A stretch of 64,000 nt of DNA from the NCBI GenBank assembly GCA_039803205.1, contig JBDRYB010000002.1:64001-128000 (forward strand), given 5' to 3'. Origin of the DNA: a candidate division WOR-3 bacterium (lineage in GTDB: Bacteria > Hydrothermota > Hydrothermia > JBDRYB01). A model generated the notes under the pieces. It was not told where the DNA came from. It made no database searches and saw only the letters and a program-made list of their open reading frames with translations. A program made the translations under genes and the position numbers. Below are positions 19,801 through 28,250 of this stretch, one piece after another; position 1 is the first letter of the stretch; every line of letters begins with the position of its first letter.

Positions 19801-20628
19801 ATGAGCAAAGGGTTCTGGTTCCAGGAGATGCACTCGGGTTCGTCCGGGCTCATTCTGGGCGTCTCAAGGCTTATTTTCTCTCACGAATCCCGTTACCAAA
19901 AGATAGAGATATTTGAGAACGACTTCTTCGGTAGGGTTCTCGTTCTTGATGGCTATGTCATGACAACTGAGCGAGATGAGTTCATATACCACGAGGCCCT
20001 CGTTCATCCTGCCATGCTCGTCCATCCAAATCCCCAGGAGGTCCTCATCATAGGCGGAGGTGATGGGGGCGCGCTCAGGGAGGTTCTCAGGTATCCTGTC
20101 CGGAAGGCCGTTCTCGTTGAGATAGACCAGGCCGTTGTTGATTCCGCAAAGGCTTATCTACCAAAGCTCTCCTTGGGATTCTCCGATCCGAGGGCCCTTG
20201 CCCTATACGAGGATGGGTTTGAGTTCATGCGCCGAACCCCGCCGGAGTCATACGATGTGATAATCGTTGATTCGCCGGATCCGGTTGGCTCGGCCAAATC
20301 CCTTTTCACCAAGGAGTTCTACAGGGAGGCCCAAAAGGTTCTCTCAAAGCCTGGCGCCCTGGTTGTTCAGGCCGAATCCCCATTTTATCATATGGAAACC
20401 ATAAAGGAAATGAAGAGGTCCCTGCTTGCTGTCTTCGGGGAGGTCAACTTCTACACATCTCCCGCGCCGAGCTATCCTGGGGGCTGGTGGTGCTATGCTC
20501 TTTGTCTCAAGGGCATAGATGGGCTTGAACCGAAACGCGAGCCTCCTGAGGGGCTTCGCTATTACAACCACCGTGTTCACAGGGCTGGCTTTGCTCTGCC
20601 GGAATTTCTCAGGAAGGACTTGATGTGA
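19801..20628 (+). CDS. speE: Polyamine aminopropyltransferase / spermidine synthase
   Basis: YQKI, LVLDG, DEFIYHE, VLIIGGGDGG, VEID, DVIIVDSPDP, YPGGWW. Confidence 0.95.
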   Translation: MSKGFWFQEMHSGSSGLILGVSRLIFSHESRYQKIEIFENDFFGRVLVLDGYVMTTERDEFIYHEALVHPAMLVHPNPQEVLIIGGGDGGALREVLRYPVRKAVLVEIDQAVVDSAKAYLPKLSLGFSDPRALALYEDGFEFMRRTPPESYDVIIVDSPDPVGSAKSLFTKEFYREAQKVLSKPGALVVQAESPFYHMETIKEMKRSLLAVFGEVNFYTSPAPSYPGGWWCYALCLKGIDGLEPKREPPEGLRYYNHRVHRAGFALPEFLRKDLM

Positions 20629-20638
20629 GAGAAAAAGT

Positions 20639-21088
20639 ATGAGCAGTTCTTCACAGGAAGAGCTTCTGGATGAGGTCAAGAGGTTGGGGGAGAGAATCAG
20701 ATCCGCTGACAAGCATCTGCCGGCGGATTTTTACGAGGTTCTCCAGGCGCTCGAGGAGGAGGGAGAGTATGAACAAACATTCTCTATTACCATTGAAGGC
20801 GAGGAAATAACGCTTCGTCTCAACATCAGGGCAAAAGACAAGAAAAGGCCATCATCTTGGCAGGTAGCCCTGAAATTCCATAATAAGCGAGTGGATTGCA
20901 TTGATTATGAGCCCGGGCTTGGCTGGCACCAGCACGGATGGAACAGGGAAACCCTGGCCGAAAAAGAGAAAACTTCTCTCCCTGAAATGACTAACAAAAT
21001 GTCTGACCGTTACCAAGCCACACTTGAAAACTGGCTTCGCCTGGCATTATCATTAATGAAAATAACCACAAGGAGGCTGAGGACATGA
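20639..21088 (+). CDS. Hypothetical protein, DUF6978-like (putative nuclease/toxin component)
   Basis: RVDCIDY...GWHQHGW motif; ATGA overlap with the next gene; family call from memory. Confidence 0.55.
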   Translation: MSSSSQEELLDEVKRLGERIRSADKHLPADFYEVLQALEEEGEYEQTFSITIEGEEITLRLNIRAKDKKRPSSWQVALKFHNKRVDCIDYEPGLGWHQHGWNRETLAEKEKTSLPEMTNKMSDRYQATLENWLRLALSLMKITTRRLRT

Positions 21089-21945
21089 TCGGAGAGGCCA
21101 TCAGGATCAGCCTGGAAAGGGCCAGGAAGCTTGTCGGAAAGCTTAATTGCTTTAAGCTCCACGAGGAGTGGTGGGGCATCCATATTCTGACCGGCATCCC
21201 CACCTTTGATGAGGAGATTTCTCTGCTCCTAGAAGAGGTGGCGACCCAGGATCTTTTCAGAGGCAAGAACATGCTTAAAGTCTCGGATGGGGGCGCGACC
21301 CTGGCCTCACTTTTTGTGCGAGGGCTTCATTTGGATCCGGCAAGGGTAAGGAAGCTCAACATCATCTTGGAGCATTTCGGGATCAAGCAAGGTTCTGGAG
21401 ACGAACTCTATGTGTTCACTTCAGAGGAGGAACTAGAACCTTCAATCAAGAGGCTCCTCGCGGCTATCCTTACCGTTCACGCCCTTTACCTGGAACATAT
21501 CTTGAAGCCTTATGAAAAAGAGGAACGGGAGCTGACTATTGCCTTCCGTGGGTGGTATGAAGATAAACCTGAGCCGTTCAGGAAAGAGAACCAGCTCATT
21601 ATTCCGGAGCATCACCGGGAGATAATCGGAACCCAGAGCAGAACCCCCCACAGGATTGATTATGGCCTCTGGAGTAGCAAACCGGTTTTTGTGGCCAGGG
21701 TTGTTCAACCCTATGATTACAGCTACAACGGGTTCTGGTTCTTCAGCCTTGATGTACAGGAGGTTCCGAAGATGGCAATTCTCCTCCAGCCAGAGAAGTG
21801 GCGAGGCAGGGCCCTTGAGGTTTTGGAAAATCTCTCCAAGCAGGATTTGATAAACGCAGTGGTGAGGTGGGAAGGAGCGGAAAGCACGGGGGAGCTCCGT
21901 GAGAAGACTGATGAGATCCTGGAGATCGTAGGGAAAAGAATTTAG
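21085..21945 (+). CDS. DUF1828-like N-terminal domain + restriction-endonuclease-like C-terminal domain protein
   Basis: T-x-x-P-x-F-x-E-x-I...VSDGGATL (DUF1828-like) and C-terminal G-x-x-S-x-x-x-HRIDY (DUF1829-like). Confidence 0.65.
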   Translation: MIGEAIRISLERARKLVGKLNCFKLHEEWWGIHILTGIPTFDEEISLLLEEVATQDLFRGKNMLKVSDGGATLASLFVRGLHLDPARVRKLNIILEHFGIKQGSGDELYVFTSEEELEPSIKRLLAAILTVHALYLEHILKPYEKEERELTIAFRGWYEDKPEPFRKENQLIIPEHHREIIGTQSRTPHRIDYGLWSSKPVFVARVVQPYDYSYNGFWFFSLDVQEVPKMAILLQPEKWRGRALEVLENLSKQDLINAVVRWEGAESTGELREKTDEILEIVGKRI

Positions 21946-21966
21946 AGGATACAGAGGCCAAAAAAC

Positions 21967-22511
21967 ATGGCATCGCGGGCAATGAGAAATCCTAAAGAGA
22001 AACCGAAGGATGTTGATGAAATCATAGGTGCGCACGGGGCATTAACTGGCGGCAGAGTGGGTACGCCGCTAGGAAAAAGGGGGAGCGTTGACAAGAGCAG
22101 GCGTTATTTTATTTGCGGCCACTACGGGAGCTTTTGTTGAAGAGCGTGACGAAGAGGCCGCTCCATTGATACTGACTGGTGCAACTTCCAATCGGTTGAA
22201 TTCACTGTTTGAGAACGCCAACAAAAAACTCAATAACGCTGGTGCCCACAAAACCAACATGCTTTACCTTAATCTTGGTATACCATGGATATTAAACAGG
22301 AGTAGGTGGCTAAGATTCTCAAATAACAGGTTCCAAACAAGCTTGGAAAGACTTGTGGAAACAATAGGGCAAATTGCCTATCGTGGAAGCTCGCGTCTAG
22401 ACTTATGGCGCTTATGGGTTGGAAAACATGGTTAGTCATTACGCAGAAAGGATAGAGAAGACTGTGGCCGACCACATAGAGCAACAAACGGGGGTTAGGT
22501 CTAATTGGTAA
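21967..22511 (+). pseudogene. Frameshifted HEPN RNase (RiboL-PSP/MAE_28990-like)
   Basis: Three frames joined: MASRAMRNPKEKPKDVDEIIGAHGALTGGRVG / ALTRAGVILFAATTGAFVEE...LERLVETIGQIAY / MVSHYAERIEKTVADHIEQQTGVRSNW*. The RxxxxH site appears as IGQIAY. Confidence 0.6.
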
Positions 22512-22527
22512 AACAGGAGGCAAAACC

Positions 22528-22821
22528 ATGTCCCTGAAACCCCCTAAGTATGTGAGGACAGTCCGCGAGCTTATTTACGGGCTCTACGCGGAGGGTTTTG
22601 GGGGCAATTACGGTTTTGTCGTGTCCCGGTTCAAAAAGCTGAAATCCGGGGAGAACTCAAGGGATTGGCAGAAGGAACTTGAGAAGGGGAAGATATGCGC
22701 CTACTGCGGAACTGATAAGAACCTCACGCTTGATCACATAATCCCCATATCAAGGGCAATTGGGGTCATGGACATATACGACCTGGGGGTGGTGATAACA
22801 TATAAAAAGGGCAAAAAATGA
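22528..22821 (+). pseudogene. Truncated HNH endonuclease
   Basis: CAYCG...LTLDHIIPISR is present but the second half (N...CxxCN) is missing; GGAGG SD intact. Confidence 0.7.
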
Positions 22822-23558
22822 CCAATCTTTTCGGAATCCCTTATGAGGGAAGGGTCAACTTCACCAGAGGGGCCTTCCTCGGGCCCGCTCATACCCGTTT
22901 CTGGCTTGAGTCTCTTGAGGATTTCAGCCCGTATCAAGGAAAGGATCTGGAATATTCTGAGCTCGGCGACCTTTATCCGCCATCCGGATTATCCGGGGAG
23001 GAATTCACGGCCTGGTGCGCCGAAGCCCTCAACTCGTGGGCCGTAGAGCCCCCATTCCTCGCGCTCGGAGGGGACCACACCATAACCCTGCCACTTTGCC
23101 TTTATCTGAGGGAAAAGCTGGGGGGGTTCACGGTTTTATACCTTGATGCTCACCTTGACGCGAGGGATGAGTTCCAGGGCGAGAGGTTCTGCCACGCGAC
23201 TGTTGGGAAGAGGCTCTCGGACGAGGGATTTGAGGTTCTGGCCCTTGGTTGGAGGTCCTTGGCTCCGGGGGAGGAGGGCCCTAATGAGAATGCCGTGTTT
23301 GAAAGGCTATCTTCCCTGAAGAAATGCTATCTGAGTCTTGATCTTGATGTCCTTGATCCATCGGTTTTCCCAGGGGTCTCAAACCCCGAGCCAGGGGGAA
23401 TGTCCTTTGGGGAGCTAATTGGTTTGATCCAGGGCCTCAGGGGCAAGATAATATCAGCCGACATGGTTGAGTATAACCCGAGGGAGGACCCCGGGCCTGC
23501 CTCAGGAGGCATAGCCGCAACCATCGCCAGGGAGGTCCTCATATCGCTATCACGATGA
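22818..23558 (+). CDS. speB: Agmatinase (arginase family)
   Basis: GGDHTIT, DAHLD, SLDLDVLDP, PEPGG, VEYNP; near speE. Confidence 0.85.
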   Translation: MTNLFGIPYEGRVNFTRGAFLGPAHTRFWLESLEDFSPYQGKDLEYSELGDLYPPSGLSGEEFTAWCAEALNSWAVEPPFLALGGDHTITLPLCLYLREKLGGFTVLYLDAHLDARDEFQGERFCHATVGKRLSDEGFEVLALGWRSLAPGEEGPNENAVFERLSSLKKCYLSLDLDVLDPSVFPGVSNPEPGGMSFGELIGLIQGLRGKIISADMVEYNPREDPGPASGGIAATIAREVLISLSR

Positions 23559-24010
23559 AGTTCCTCGTTGATCAGCATGCGGGGAAGCTCTGTCGTTGGC
23601 TCAGGTTTCTGGGATTTGACGCGGAGATGGCAGGGGGCTCGCTTTACGATTTGGCGGCAAGAGCAATTAGGGAAGGGAGGGTTCTTCTCACTAGGAACAG
23701 AAGGGCGCACGATCTGCCCATCGTCAAGGCCCTGGTCCTGCTCTCCGATGATCCGGATGAGCAATTGAGGCAGGTCCTCTCAGAGCTCAACCTAAAAACC
23801 AAGGCCAACCCGTTTACCCGTTGTCCTGTTTGCAACGAGGAGCTGGTGGATGTGGAGAAAGAAGAGGTCAAGCACCTTGTCCCCCCTCACACATATTCAA
23901 CCCACGAGGAGTTCTCCAGGTGTCCATGCTGCGGCAGAGTCTACTGGGAGGGTTCGCATGTTGAGAGGATGAGGGCAACCTTGGAGGAGTTGCTGGGAGA
24001 GCACGAATGA
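23555..24010 (+). CDS. Mut7-C RNase domain protein (PIN-like + Zn ribbon)
   Basis: FLVD...GKLCRWLRFLGFD, RVLLTR, TRCPVCN, RCPCCGRVYWEGSH. Confidence 0.9.
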   Translation: MKFLVDQHAGKLCRWLRFLGFDAEMAGGSLYDLAARAIREGRVLLTRNRRAHDLPIVKALVLLSDDPDEQLRQVLSELNLKTKANPFTRCPVCNEELVDVEKEEVKHLVPPHTYSTHEEFSRCPCCGRVYWEGSHVERMRATLEELLGEHE

Positions 24011-24048
24011 GTGCGCATGGGCTCGCTTTTGGTTTATAATTTCAGTCC

Positions 24049-24121
24049 GGGCCGTTAGCTCAGGCGGTAGAGCACCGGATTTTTAATCCGGGTGCCGAAG
24101 GTTCAACTCCTTCACGGCCCA
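24049..24121 (+). tRNA. tRNA-Lys (anticodon UUU)
   Basis: Acceptor GGGCCGT/ACGGCCC-A, anticodon arm CCGGA-TTTTTAA-TCCGG, T arm GAAGG-TTCAACT-CCTTC; CCA not encoded; TATAAT just upstream. Confidence 0.95.
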
Positions 24122-24234
24122 GTTTATTTTATGCGGGTTTCCAAGATTTCACCCCCTAACGAAAAAGCGTGAAAAACACTCCATTTTCGGTCAGTTATGG
24201 TCGGTTGGGAAATGGGGCAGGAGTAAAACATCTT

Positions 24235-24705
24235 TCACCTGACACATTTCATACCCCCACAGATTGAAGATTTGGCCAGCGTTTCCTCGTAAGCCCTTGT
24301 GGCACAAGGGGATCGCAATCTATCCAGGTCTCTGAGAGTAATGCTTATGTAGCCTCTCAGAAACTCTCTAACCAGGGGGTCATCCTGGGAGAGGAGTCCC
24401 TTAACGAGGGCATATAGGCCTCTGAGAAAAAGTAAGAGCCAGGAAAGCATGATAAGGGTGATGAGCCCTTTCCTGACCAGGGGGTCTCTTATCCTTCTCA
24501 GAACCTCCCTCATCCCAAAGAGGCCTTTCAGGTCCCTGAAGAGATGCTCTATCCTCATCCTCTTCTTGTAGGCCTTTATGGGATTGTTTTCCTCGTAAAT
24601 GGCAAAGACCAGGAGCCTCTCTTCTGTCTCTCTCAGGTATGTTGGCTCCATGAGGCAAACGGTGTCCTCATCCCCACCGGTGAATATCCTCGCAAGCTCA
24701 GCCAT
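24235..24705 (-). mobile_element. Transposase C-terminal remnant (IS4-superfamily DDE)
   Basis: YKKRMRIEHLFRDLK (YREK signature); no N-terminal part. Confidence 0.75.
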
Positions 24706-24789
24706 TATCTCCTCTTAGATTCTGTCCGGATTTCCGGGCACCTTAGGGGCCACTCTCCAACCTGAGGGATTAAATTATAAACTCATAGA

Positions 24790-24820
24790 GGCTCGTCAGG
24801 GCACAAGGCGCTGACGAGCC
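24790..24820. repeat. 10-bp perfect inverted repeat between two IS remnants
   Basis: GGCTCGTCAG (24790-99) and CTGACGAGCC (24811-20). Confidence 0.6.
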
Positions 24821-24860
24821 GTAGCCCTGCAAGACTTAAGGAACCTCTCGTTCTGCCTAG

Positions 24861-25330
24861 CTATGGTCGTCCTCCTTGTTGAAGCCCTTCCCTGGCTTTT
24901 ACGAGTGTATCCCTGAACAGATTCCACATCTGAGGGAAGTATTCGTCTCTCAGGCTCTCTATCCAGGATGCACCGTCTCCGATGACCACCCCCTTCGTGT
25001 TCAGGTCAACCAAGTATTTGCGCCTTATGAGCTCAGCTGGCTCAACTGAGGCATATACCACCCTATTCATGAGCTTGTGGTCCTTTCTCTCTGTGAAAGC
25101 GAGGAGTATCTTGGCCTCAGCCCTTCTGGATTTCTCCCTTTGAAGGGCTATCTGCGTTCCATCAGCTTCTACAACAACATGCTCAGATTGGTGGGTGCCT
25201 TTGAGGTTATTATCCTCTGGAAGGCCTCAGAGGCCATATCCCTGCCTGCTTCTCCTCAACGAGTTTCATCCAGACCTCAGGTTGATCTATACTTATCTCA
25301 CCCAGCTCTATCTGGATGCTCACGGTCCTA
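24861..25330 (-). mobile_element. ISLre2-family (UPF0236) transposase remnant
   Basis: Minus-strand translation EHVVVEADGTQIALQ...VVIGDGASWI; disrupted upstream and downstream. Confidence 0.65.
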
Positions 25331-25506
25331 GTGATCGCGATGGGCCATCTCCTTTAATCTTTCTTTTTTCCATACCTCTCAGAGGAGGTGGCCCATATTC
25401 TAATCCAAAGGCCGAATCCGGGCCGGTTGTGCCCGGAAAACCGGACTGAACCCTTTCAAGGAACTCATGTGAATGGGCCCATGATTGTCCGGTATAATTT
25501 CAAGCT

Positions 25507-26640
25507 GTGAAGACCCTTGACAGGATGATCCTGAGGCAGGTCATCGCGCCATTCGTTGGCTCACTTGCTACATTCTCGGTAATAATGCTCCTGGATAGGA
25601 TGTTTGACCTCATGGACCTCTTGATCCGCAAAGGCGTTCCTCCTGGAACGGTTGGCCTCGTAGTCGCATATACCATGCCCTTCATCCTCTCCTTCACAGC
25701 CCCTATGGCGGTCCTTGTTGCCATACTCGTTGCTTTCGGGAGGATGGCGCAGGACAACGAGGTTCTTGCCGCGAAGGCCCTTGGCATATCAGTGAAACGC
25801 CTCGCTTTCGGACCTTTTGTTGGAGCGATTGTTCTCGTGGGAGTCCTGTTCTGGGCTAACAACTACCTGGTTCCCGAGGCAAACCATCGCCTCAAAACCC
25901 TTCTCGTTGAAATAGGCCAGAAACGCCCCACCGCGCAGATAAAGAAGGGGCTTTTCACCCAGATTGAGGGGTATCTGGTCTATGTTGAGGACAAGGATGA
26001 CAGGACGGGGAGAATAGAGGATGTAAAGATACAGGAGATGGGCGGCAGTGAGCCGAAGACAATAATTGCCAAGAGGGGCAGGGTTTTTGTATCAGGTGAT
26101 ACGGTCATGGTCTTCGCCCTTGAGGACGGAGAGATCCACCAGGCAATAGGCCCCAGAAAGGATGTCTACAGGCTCATCTCATTTGAGAGATACAAGATGA
26201 AGATCCCCATAAATCCAGAGATGCTGAGGGAGGAACGCAAGTTTCGCGCGGACAAGGAAAAGCTCCTCTCTCATCTGGCCAAGGACCTATCCGAACAGGA
26301 GAAAAATCTCGGGAAACCAGGACTGGACCCTGGCGCGAAGAGGTCGGTTTTGATCCGGATCGCTCAGATATGGGTTGAGCTTCACAAGCGTTTTGCCTTG
26401 CCCGTCGCGGGGCTCATATTCGTTCTTCTCGGGGTTCCCGTTGCTGTAATGACGAGGCGGGGCGGCTACGGGACAGCGTTTGGGATATCCTTCTTCATCT
26501 TTGTCCTTTATTACATAATGCTTCTCTCTGGCGAACAACTCTCCACGAGGGGCATTTTGCCCCATCCGGTTATCTGGGTTCCCAACCTGCTATTCGTTGG
26601 CCTCGCGATCTGGCTCATTAGAAAAGAAGAGAGAAAATAG
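25507..26640 (+). CDS. lptF: LptF/LptG family LPS export permease
   Basis: MKTLDRMIL, PMAVLVAILVAFGRMAQDNE...ALGIS, ELHKRFALP, LGVP...RRGG, WVPNLLF. Confidence 0.85.
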   Translation: MKTLDRMILRQVIAPFVGSLATFSVIMLLDRMFDLMDLLIRKGVPPGTVGLVVAYTMPFILSFTAPMAVLVAILVAFGRMAQDNEVLAAKALGISVKRLAFGPFVGAIVLVGVLFWANNYLVPEANHRLKTLLVEIGQKRPTAQIKKGLFTQIEGYLVYVEDKDDRTGRIEDVKIQEMGGSEPKTIIAKRGRVFVSGDTVMVFALEDGEIHQAIGPRKDVYRLISFERYKMKIPINPEMLREERKFRADKEKLLSHLAKDLSEQEKNLGKPGLDPGAKRSVLIRIAQIWVELHKRFALPVAGLIFVLLGVPVAVMTRRGGYGTAFGISFFIFVLYYIMLLSGEQLSTRGILPHPVIWVPNLLFVGLAIWLIRKEERK

Positions 26641-26643
26641 CCC

Positions 26644-27363
26644 CTACCACCTTAAAGCGCGTCCGTTTTCCCTGAACCAGCGCCTTCTTTCCTTGTGATC
26701 GGGGATGAAATCAGCCACGAAATTCCAGAAATCCTTTGAGTGGTTTCTGTGCCTGAGGTGCGCGAGCTCGTGAACAACCACATAATCAACCATGGGCTCA
26801 GGGGCCATTATCACCCTGAAGTTGAGGTTTATGTTTCCGCGCCCCGAGCAGCTCCCCCAACCGCTTTTCTGATCCTTTATGAAGACCCTCTTGGGTTTCA
26901 CCCGCATCCTCCTGGCCCAGGCCTGAACCTTGCCGAAAAGGAAAACCCTTGCCTCTTCCCTATACCACTTGATGAGCACAGACCTTATCTGATCCGAGCG
27001 CATGTCCGGCGGACCCTCAACCACTATCATCCTGGGGGTCTTGAAGACCTTGATGTGCCTGGCTTTCGGTTTTCTCTTGATTGAGAGCCTGAGGCCTTTG
27101 CCCAAATAAGGAAAGGTCTCGTTGTCGGCGAATCGTTTCTTGGGTGGCACAACTTTGTTTAAGATCTCAACGATCTGGTCAATGTTCCTGAGAAGGACCC
27201 TCTTTATCTGCTGGAGCGAGGCGCCTTTTGGCGCTGATACCAGAAGTCCCTCTTTGGTATACTTGACCCCTACGGAGACCCTCCCCTCCTCCCTCACGAG
27301 CCAATAGATTATCGTTCTTCCGGGTATCTTTAGCTTGTGCTGAACGGGTTTGGCCCCCTTCAT
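26644..27363 (-). CDS. YgjP/DUF45-like zinc metallopeptidase-fold protein
   Basis: KSGWGSCS, NLN, DYVVVHELAH...NHSKDFW; start 27363 overlaps the USP stop (ATGA). Confidence 0.85.
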   Translation of the reverse strand: MKGAKPVQHKLKIPGRTIIYWLVREEGRVSVGVKYTKEGLLVSAPKGASLQQIKRVLLRNIDQIVEILNKVVPPKKRFADNETFPYLGKGLRLSIKRKPKARHIKVFKTPRMIVVEGPPDMRSDQIRSVLIKWYREEARVFLFGKVQAWARRMRVKPKRVFIKDQKSGWGSCSGRGNINLNFRVIMAPEPMVDYVVVHELAHLRHRNHSKDFWNFVADFIPDHKERRRWFRENGRALRW

Positions 27364-28184
27364 TCCTTTACCACTATCAACGGCCAAGGAGACATCTTTA
27401 TCACCCTTTCCGTTGTGCTGCCGAGAAGCCACCTCTCAAGCCCCGTTGCCCCGCGACTGCCCATTATCGTGAGGGGAATGTTGTGCTTCGTTATGTATCT
27501 GGCTATGCCGTCGCCGGATTCCGGGTGGCTTATTACCTCTGGCTTTACCTCGCCCTCGGAAAGCCCCTTTGCTTTTAAGGCGTATCTCAGCTCATCCAGG
27601 GCCTTGTCCATCTCCTCCGCAGTGGGAGGTATGTCCGCGAACTCATATACGAAAAGGAGGTGGACGGGCGCTGAGAAGGCCCTTGCTATGGGCAAAGCAA
27701 AGTCCAGAGCCACGAAAGAGGCATCCGAGAGATCTGTTGGAACAAGGAGCCTATCTATCTTCGGGATCATGTCCTTGGCCCTCGCGATGAGCACGGGTCT
27801 CCGGGTGCCATGTAGGACCTGCCTCGCGGTTGAACCAGCGTATTTCTCCTCTCCGGGCACTCCGGCCCTGCCCAAGGCTATCATATCCGCGTGGAGGCTT
27901 TCAGCGGCGTCCAACAAGCACCTCCCCGTGGCCTCTGATTCGGCTATCTCGTATGATACCCCGATGCCCATTTTGGCGAGGCCGCCCGCTATTTCCTCCA
28001 GCTTCGCGCTCACGGTGTTTTTCCTCTCAAGATACCTCGCCTTGTCCGTCTCGTGCCTGGAAGGCGGCCTCATTATGTATATGGCGTGAATGGTCGCGCC
28101 GGTGCGCTTCGCTATCTCAGCGGCTATCTGCCCAGCAAAAATGCTATCCTCGTAAAAATCACAACCCCAAAGGATCCGCTTCAT
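27360..28184 (-). CDS. Universal stress protein (tandem USP domains)
   Basis: Two USP repeats: ILWGCDF...GSTARQVL and LLVPTDLS...MGSRG...LLGSTTERVI. Confidence 0.9.
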   Translation of the reverse strand: MKRILWGCDFYEDSIFAGQIAAEIAKRTGATIHAIYIMRPPSRHETDKARYLERKNTVSAKLEEIAGGLAKMGIGVSYEIAESEATGRCLLDAAESLHADMIALGRAGVPGEEKYAGSTARQVLHGTRRPVLIARAKDMIPKIDRLLVPTDLSDASFVALDFALPIARAFSAPVHLLFVYEFADIPPTAEEMDKALDELRYALKAKGLSEGEVKPEVISHPESGDGIARYITKHNIPLTIMGSRGATGLERWLLGSTTERVIKMSPWPLIVVKE

Positions 28185-28250
28185 GAACAAATTATATTGC
28201 AGGGGAAGGGCCCCGTGCCTCTTGATTTACCCGAACCCCTCTCCTGCCTT

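Noticed and set aside
24790..24850. CTGACGA in a hairpin, possible hammerhead ribozyme
   Set aside because: No GAAA core or stem II/III on either strand; it is just an inverted repeat.
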